DNA of 64,000 bases, from assembly GCA_964035545.1 (NCBI GenBank), contig OZ037770.1:4930662-4994661 (forward strand), given 5' to 3'. This DNA is from Bugula neritina (Eukaryota; Animalia; Bryozoa). Below are positions 57,401 through 64,000 of this stretch, one piece after another (the stretch's first letter is position 1; the number at the start of each line of letters is the position of its first letter). The notes beneath the pieces are model-generated. The model was not told the origin of the DNA, did not search any database, and was given only the letters and a program-made list of their open reading frames with translations. Both the position numbers and the translations under genes were made by a program.

Positions 57401-60400
57401 GATGAAATATTGGCTATGATAAACGAAAAGCAGGATAACATTGAAGCAAAACACTTGGATACGATTATCATGTACATGCATGATTGTGGCAAAGTTCTCT
57501 GGTATAAACATATTGATGCACTCAGGCCATACATATTTCACAAGATCACGGAAATTACCAAGCTACTCTGTGTCTTGTATCATCATGATCCAGACGTCTG
57601 GCAAAGTAGAGTTGATCAGTTCCAACCGTATTTTTCAATGGAAGGAGTGAGGATTGAAAAACAAGAATTTGAAGAGTTTGTGAATTCCTTTAGAATCAAT
57701 GGCTTGATGATGAAATCTCTTCTTGTATATTTGATTTGAAAAGAAACTTCGTTCACTGGTGAAAATGATGTGAAAATTGCTGTTTGCTTGCTCAGAACAT
57801 TCCGTTTATTGTATGGCCCTTTGAATAATGATTCTGAAGATCCGTACTTCATAGTCCCTCAGTTTGCCAAAGAATCCTACAGCCTCTCCTACACTCCGCC
57901 AAAGGAGCTGATGCTTTATACCGAAACGCAGTTTAATGGTCTGGCATTACCACAGCATGTCTACCATCAGATGACGGTTGGTTTGCTGGAACTATTTGCT
58001 GACAATTCTGCCACAATACAGGTGAAGAGAAATGGAGCAAATGTCTATCAAGATAAAATATATACACAGCTGATACATGACTATGAATCTAAAAGAGTTT
58101 TGCTCTACGCGTCATCTGATGCAAATAATATCACCAAAGCGTGGGAAAAACTCATTTCAGTCAACAACAACATCCTCAGACATGTTATGGAAACTTGGAC
58201 TGCCAGTCGTCCAGTCACTGCCTGCATCTGTGCTCACTGCTTACTGCTAGGTGTTCTGTGCCCTAAAAAGTCTATTCATCCTAAATGGTGTTTTCGCTCC
58301 CTGATGAAACCTACACCAGTTGTCAAGAAGTGCAGCGGATCTTCAACAATCTTGTGCAATAATGAGGAGATCCCAAGAGCTCTGATTTTTCCATGTATGT
58401 ATCACTAATATTGTTTATTACTATGATTTTATAAATGGAAACTTTTGCCTACTACATAAATGATTTTCTTTACTACAAACTCTAAACAAAACCTGCTAAA
58501 AAATTTTTAAATTTGAAAATAATCAAACAAAAGGCATTATATCTCGTGTTGTAACATTCTTGCAGTGGTTCTGTCTCAACTTATGTTTAGCTACCATTTA
58601 AGTTGATTACAGTATACATAATATGTGAGCTGGTTGTAGTATATGTAGACTGCACTGTTTTATTCAGGTGAGGCATTGTCTGAGAAAGAAACCGATGAGC
58701 TCGTGAAGCTATTGACTCAACTCAAACTTCGTAAACAACAGAATGATGCAACCAGAATTGGTATATCTGTATAATACTCACTTTATCAACCTTTAATGTT
58801 ATTAAAGAATTCAGAGATCTCAATACATGCAGCAGTTCGTTTACTCTGACTAGAATTTTTAGAAAACTGATTGTTTTTGTCAAGCGATCAAGGAAATGGC
58901 AATTTTGCTATTCTTCTGTTTTTTAAATCCTGGTGTTAGCCAATCAAATCATGTGACTGCAGATGATGATGATGATCTGAGTGATCTCTCTGAAGATGAT
59001 GACAATCTGTATCCTGATGAAGACAATGAGAAAGACATGAAGTTGATACAACCCAACCTAAAGACTACCAGAAACCTGAGGATTAAGAATCTTTTCTCAA
59101 ATGCTGAACAGGTTGGTGCATCAGTTTAGGGTCATATGTTCACCTTATTCGTTAGATTCTTATGCTTGTATAACCTATTCTTAGACAGAACATTATAAAC
59201 ACATGCATCTGTAGCAAAATGATACTATTTACTGTTAGCTTTATTATTAGGCCATGTGTGCCTCAAACATGTTTAACTAGATTTACAAATATGTCAACTA
59301 ATACTATCATTTTTAGTATATTTTTATCCAGGTGTTCAGTATGACCAGAGAGAGAGGAAGAGCTCTGATAATAAACAACAAGAACTTTGTTGAAAGACCA
59401 GACTTATGCAGGGAAGGTTCAGATGCTGATGTTGAGAATATGTCTCTCATGTTGAGATCTCTCAAGTTTGATGTTGAGACACACTCAGACCTGACAGCAG
59501 AGGTATGTTGTTATGGTGAAAACAATGCGAGCACTATTTAACCATCAAGTAGATTTTCGTATATAATGTCTTGTTTGTTCTTTAACCAAATATTTTGTAA
59601 AGTTTGTAGTATATTTTAACAAAATATTTTTTTTCACATTCACTGAATTATATCTTTAATTGTACTTAAGAATTTTTCTAAAGCTGCATTGAAAATTTTG
59701 GGTCTTGTTAGTTTTTGCTCACTTTTTGGTTTTTTGTTAGGTTGATGAGAAAACTTTTTGCTCACATTGCATATGAGTCAGCTTACTTCATTTAGTACAC
59801 ACCAGGAAATTATGACCTAACATTAAAGTTTACTCATAATCCATTGAAATTTACCATACATGGTATATTTATGTGCTGATTTTAACTACGCATAACAGAA
59901 AAGGTTAGCTAGGAGGGGATTCCCCAACATTAAAGCACAGGTCATTGTCATATGCACTTATTATTTTATATGTGCGGACCGTTACGAAAAAACTGTGACT
60001 GTCTGCAAGTCCAAATTAGCTAAATAATTAAGAAAGACATGGGAAATTAAGCATAATCAAAAATCATCTTGACTATTTAGTTGTATTTATTGATATGCTA
60101 TTAGTTTTAGGCAAAAACCTATAAATATTAGCACCTAAATTGAAAAAATAGCTAAAACTGGAGATTTCGAGTGTGTACTAAATTAAGTAAAATGACCCAT
60201 AACTCTATAGCAATTATTTGACACTTTAAATGAAGTAAATTTGTTTGACTGTTTAAATTCGTTTTCAAATTTGTAGGAAATGCTGTCTGCTGTGAAGTCT
60301 GAGGTGAAAAAGGGGAAACACAAAGAGTTTGGATGTCATATACTGGTTGTTATGACTCATGGTAGAGAAGATAACTGTATCTATGGAACTGACCTCGAGA

Positions 60401-61781
60401 AGGTCAACCTCACTGACCTGTGTGATTTGCTCACTCCTTTGTATTTCGATGGAACAAATAGAAAACCTAAGGTTGTCATACTAGAAGCCTGCAGTGGAGG
60501 TAGTTTGTAGTATAAATTTGAACTTTTAGTTCAATGGTTGAACTAGTAAATACTCCCTGTCAGAAACTAGTCATCTAATTAATTGGCGCTTTAACATGAT
60601 TCATAGTTTGGATTGCTTGAGCAACTGGGTGTCTTGAGATTGTTTAGCTCACAATATTAAGGTCGTTGTTATGTATGTGTTACAGCAAACATTGAAGTAA
60701 GCCCAGACAGATCTGGTCTTGCAGCAGATCAAGAAGAAGAAACTGAAGCTGCCTCTTCTACACCTTCTGAAGCTAATGAAGAAGACAATGATGAATATCC
60801 TGAACCGCCAAGAAAAAGAATTAGACTCATTAGACCAGTCTCACCACCAGAACCTAGAATAGAAGAGTGTAGAACTGTACGGGATATAGATGATCTTCTT
60901 GTTCTGAAGAGTAGCGTCTGCTGTAAGTATAGCAAGAGAAAGTTGTTCATTGGTTTGATAAATGTGCAGCTACAGTTTTTTTCAATCTAAAAGTCTGTTT
61001 CCTAAATTTAATCTGACCATGCTATATGTAATCTTTTTCTTGTTCTTCGTAAATTGCGAGTTAATGTTCAAAATCAAACAGAATTTAGAAAATTTCAGGC
61101 TTGCTTTGTCTACACCATGCTTTGAGTTTCATTTAATTTTATTGCAGCATCAAAGAGACATCCTGAGTATGGATCTCCTATGATTAGAGCTCTAGTATCT
61201 TCAATCTACAAACATGCCTGTCATCGTGATCTCTACACCATCTTTCAGCAGGTGAGTTTAAAATGATAATTTTGTCAATTTCTACTTGTATATAGAAATA
61301 TTTTTATGTTTAGCTGTGTGATAATTTACAATTTGCATGTCCAATGAATAAAATATAATGTAAATTAGGTAGCTTCTTAAAACGTGCTCGTATTTTTACT
61401 AATTTATATTTCTCCCACTGTGCCTGTTGTAAAGGTTAAAGCCCAACCTCAAGCTTTTCTTTAATATATTCTATAGTGGTAGCAGACAACTCTCAGGATC
61501 TACTTGCTTAGATTGAATATGAATAGGAAAGCCTAGTTTAGCAGCTGAAAGTTGTACCTTATCACAGCTATAAGTAGTTAGTTAGAACACAGTCTTACTA
61601 GTCATTACTTACTCTACAGGTGGACACTAAACTAGTGAAAAAACTGTATGCAGATGAAGATTCAGAGAGAAGCAGAAATTTGGTTGCAATCTGGAATACC
61701 CTTCCATTCAGTAAAAGACTTTACCTGTTTCCTGGCTTCGATGGGTTTAATAGAGAGGACAACTCCTCACTCAGCACATAA
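42500..61781 (+). CDS. LRR-Roc-COR-caspase (ROCO-caspase) gene, 24 coding exons, ~1757 codons; one in-frame TGA at 57737-57739 (null allele, pseudogene or base error)
   Basis: Exons: 42500-42512 (gccATGG), 42966-43152, 14 LRR exons, 56392-58394, 58668-58760, 58963-59111, 59332-59502, 60277-60499, 60686-60922, 61148-61251, 61620-61781. All introns are GT-AG with matching phases. Total 5274 nt, divisible by 3. Confidence 0.85.
43383..43508 (-). pseudogene. Inverted partial LRR cassette (3' part of exon plus donor and intron)
   Basis: Reverse complement reads AAT ATG GTG GGC TGT AAA TTA TCT ACT CTA CCT GAG AG|gtttg (NMVGCKLSTLPE), followed by the standard intron module ttcaaacattca...ttcacatgttgatataatgcttaccaagtattgc. 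Confidence 0.85.
43850..54774 (+). repeat. Array of 14 symmetric 138-nt LRR cassette exons (2 x 23-aa LRRs each) with homologous introns
   Basis: Exons 43850-43987, 44410-44547, 45017-45154, 45587-45724, 46174-46311, 46761-46898, 47333-47470, 51192-51329, 51758-51895, 52321-52458, 52913-53050, 53492-53629, 54054-54191, 54637-54774. Consensus SLCQLTQLEKLxIxxNPLNTVPEVVSSLTSLKELxMxxCxLSTLPE. All phase 2-2 with no stops. Confidence 0.95.
47864..51117. mobile_element. 3.25-kb non-autonomous TIR DNA transposon inserted in the intron between LRR cassettes 7 and 8
   Basis: Imperfect ~32-bp TIRs (TATGTGACCagtcgcgACAAAaccgGGGATGT versus TATGTGACCtggcaccACAAAgcaaGGGATGT), TA flanks, and the intron module resumes on the far side. 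No intact transposase. Confidence 0.75.
56392..58394 (+). CDS. Large exon: last LRRs, LRR C-cap, Roc GTPase, COR and Cys-rich region
   Basis: LTSPPLEVCKRGLDAVRQY cap; G1 GNTMAGKTS, G3 DMGGQEVYHITY, G4 THKD; COR PLPKVW...YMHDCGKVLWY; CICAHC. ORFs 56471-57739 and 57770-58408 are in the same frame, separated by a single TGA. Confidence 0.92.
59332..61781 (+). CDS. Caspase (peptidase C14) domain exons
   Basis: RGRALIINNKNF...REGSDAD, VMTHG, KPKVVILEACSG, DDLLV, SKRHPEYGSPMIRAL, KRLYLFPGF. Confidence 0.92.
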
Positions 61782-62599
61782 ATCCAATATGAAACTGCGC
61801 AAATTTTAGTTTAGTCGTTGAACAAAGTTCTATGACATTTTACTCTACTTGCAGAGTGAGCTTGCGTGTATGGGGATAAATAATCATAGCTGACAGCTAA
61901 ATTATCTACATGAATCGAAGAGTTCTTACTTTTATATTTTACCTTGGATATAAACCTATATGTTGATTACATCTATATCATTAAATTTCCTTGTGATGTC
62001 ATTTCCTATCACATAATCATATTATTATATAATATTTTGTCTTCTCACATTACCGTTACATAATCAGTTCACTTCGGAGTTAGTATTTGTGTTTCTATAT
62101 AGTATTTTATGCCGTATAGTAGTTATATTAACACTTAAATAAATATTTTTTGCCTTGTAAAACATTAACCATTCCTGCTTATTATATCAGTTATATGGTT
62201 TTTAGTCTTTGGTTATCATTTATATTTTGATCTAACATTAAGCACTGACTATGTTGTTTCGGCACATGTTCTAATGGCTATGGTAATATTATTATCATAA
62301 TTATAGTAGCTTGCTAGTATATATTGAAGTTTGCTCTTTATATTTTATCAATAAATTTTATTCAAATATTTTATATAAAAAATTTCAATTGCTTTTAAGA
62401 TTTCAAGTCTGGAAAATTTTACTTCAATAATCTGTGATTAAAGTAACGAGTACATTATTTACAAATAATGGTTATAAAATTTGTCATTTTCTTATCTGCA
62501 TCTGCAAACCAATCATTTTTCAACTAAGCTAATGAAACGACAGCATCATTTTTCACTTAATGCTATTAAGACACTTTGTGCAGATATGACTCATTAGTT

Positions 62600-64000
62600 T
62601 TAGAAGACATATCATTTAGGAGAAGGTAAACTTCAATCTCAACCCTCCGCTGCCAACCAAAGGAAAGGCTTAATCTGACAGTTCATGCAACGACGCTGGT
62701 GCCGAACTGTAACTGCTCCTGTAGGTACGCCAGCGACGTGGAGAGTGGGGACATGCTACACGGGCAACAGCCTGTTTTCCGTATGATCAATGCCCAGGCA
62801 CACACCTGCACACCACCATCCTTTTCTCACTGGAGAGAAAACTCCGGATTTGCCTTCTGCGGAAACACAACATGTGGAGCGGTTATAAGCTGAAGCTCAA
62901 TTTGTGTAGAGCAAGGCACCAGGTGTTGCTTCTGACGGTGGAAGAGGTCTCTAGATCTCGCTGGACAGTTACCACTCGCAATAAGCTGGGAAGCCTCCAG
63001 CCAGTTAAGTGATCTTCTGCCACAGTCCGCCTTCCTCATTGGGCGCAAAGGAAAAAGAGGACAACCGAACAGCAGACTGCAATCTTTTACGGGGCAACGA
63101 AAAATTGAAAATAAGAGACCAGGTCCTGAATTGAAATGTTTGAAGGTCCGTACTTTGCTAACTTTTCTATTTATCAATTTACAGAACATCAAAGACACCT
63201 GAAAATCATCCATCATAAACGATGAATTCAAGAGAATAAGCGTCGACATTACTACCCTTCAAGAAACGCAACTAGCTAATAGTGGCACTCTATAGAAAAT
63301 TACTACACATGTTACTGGCGGGAAAGAAGTTCTAATTAGCCAAAAGTGTATCAAGTTGGCTTTGCAGTGAAGAACAGTTTCTTGAGTATGGTAGAGCCAT
63401 GTACTAGCAGCTCATTGCATAAGAGCAATGTATAAGGGCATCAAGATGGCAACGGGACTAATCCATAGTAAGATGCCTCCTCTCAAACCTTCCACTGGAG
63501 AAGTCATCACCAAAAAAGGAAAGCAGATAGAGAGATGGGTAGAACACTAGACCCACCTGCACTCTCACCAGAAAGTTGTGTCTTCCTCTGCTCTTGATGC
63601 AGTTGAATGTATGTATGTCCACTATTGATGATTTTGATGACGAAACCACTGTAGATGACCTTGATAACGCCATTGATAGTTTGTCCTAAGGCAAGACACC
63701 TGACAGTGATGGAATATCTCCTGATCACATCAAGCGCTGCAAAACTAATCTTTTACATTCCCTGCATGAAGTTCTTTGTCAGTGCTGGGAAGAAGGTGCT
63801 GTGCCACAAGACATGAGAGATGCAAACATCACCAAACTTTACAAGAATGAGAGAGACAAAAAAAAGATCTCAACAATTAAAGAGGCATCTATTTCACTGC
63901 TCAGCATTGTTGGCAAAGTGTTTGCCAAAGTCATCCTGGCTCACCTACAGATACTAGCTAAACGGGTCTACCTGAGTCGCAGTGTGGTTTAAAGAGCAAA
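62600..64000 (+). mobile_element. Decayed RTE-clade LINE (5' UTR, APE remnant, start of RT); runs off the window
   Basis: PQDMRDANITKLYKN...ISLLSIVGKVFAKVILAHLQILAKRVY and an LQETQL endonuclease remnant, with many stops, frameshifts and deletions. Confidence 0.85.

Noticed and set aside
57737-57739. TGA as selenocysteine or programmed readthrough
   Set aside because: Not a redox-motif position, no SECIS recognised, and the context is not a known leaky one.
62600-62900. Possible HDV-like ribozyme in the RTE 5' UTR
   Set aside because: I could not build the nested double pseudoknot by eye; it needs a covariance-model search.

Overview
AT-rich, intron-containing animal (invertebrate-like) genomic DNA; nothing prokaryotic. 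The main feature is a ~19 kb + strand gene (42500-61781) that I reconstruct exon by exon with consistent splice phases. It encodes a short N-cap, 14 tandem symmetric (phase 2-2) 138-nt exons of two LRRs each, a Roc GTPase-COR-Cys-rich module, an acidic linker and a C-terminal caspase domain (THG ... EACSG). The LRR framework is near-invariant while the solvent-exposed positions are hypervariable. This looks like a one-protein sensor-switch-executioner immune receptor with a diversifying LRR cassette array. This copy carries one in-frame TGA (57737-57739), and there are an inverted cassette fragment and a decayed paralog fragment nearby. Other host loci: 5' exons of a proline/hydroxyproline dehydrogenase, a stop-containing 3' remnant of RPF1, and a type I membrane protein with a SUEL-lectin-like domain. 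Mobile DNA includes three full-length Ty3/gypsy elements with TSDs. One has a PBS matching the 5' end (nt 1-12) of tRNA-Phe. The other two are related, mosaic elements with a probably spliced non-env ORF3 and a covarying frameshift pseudoknot. Also present are a rearranged Penelope-like element with a hammerhead ribozyme, a two-hammerhead retrozyme-like unit, SINEs, TIR elements and a decayed RTE LINE.
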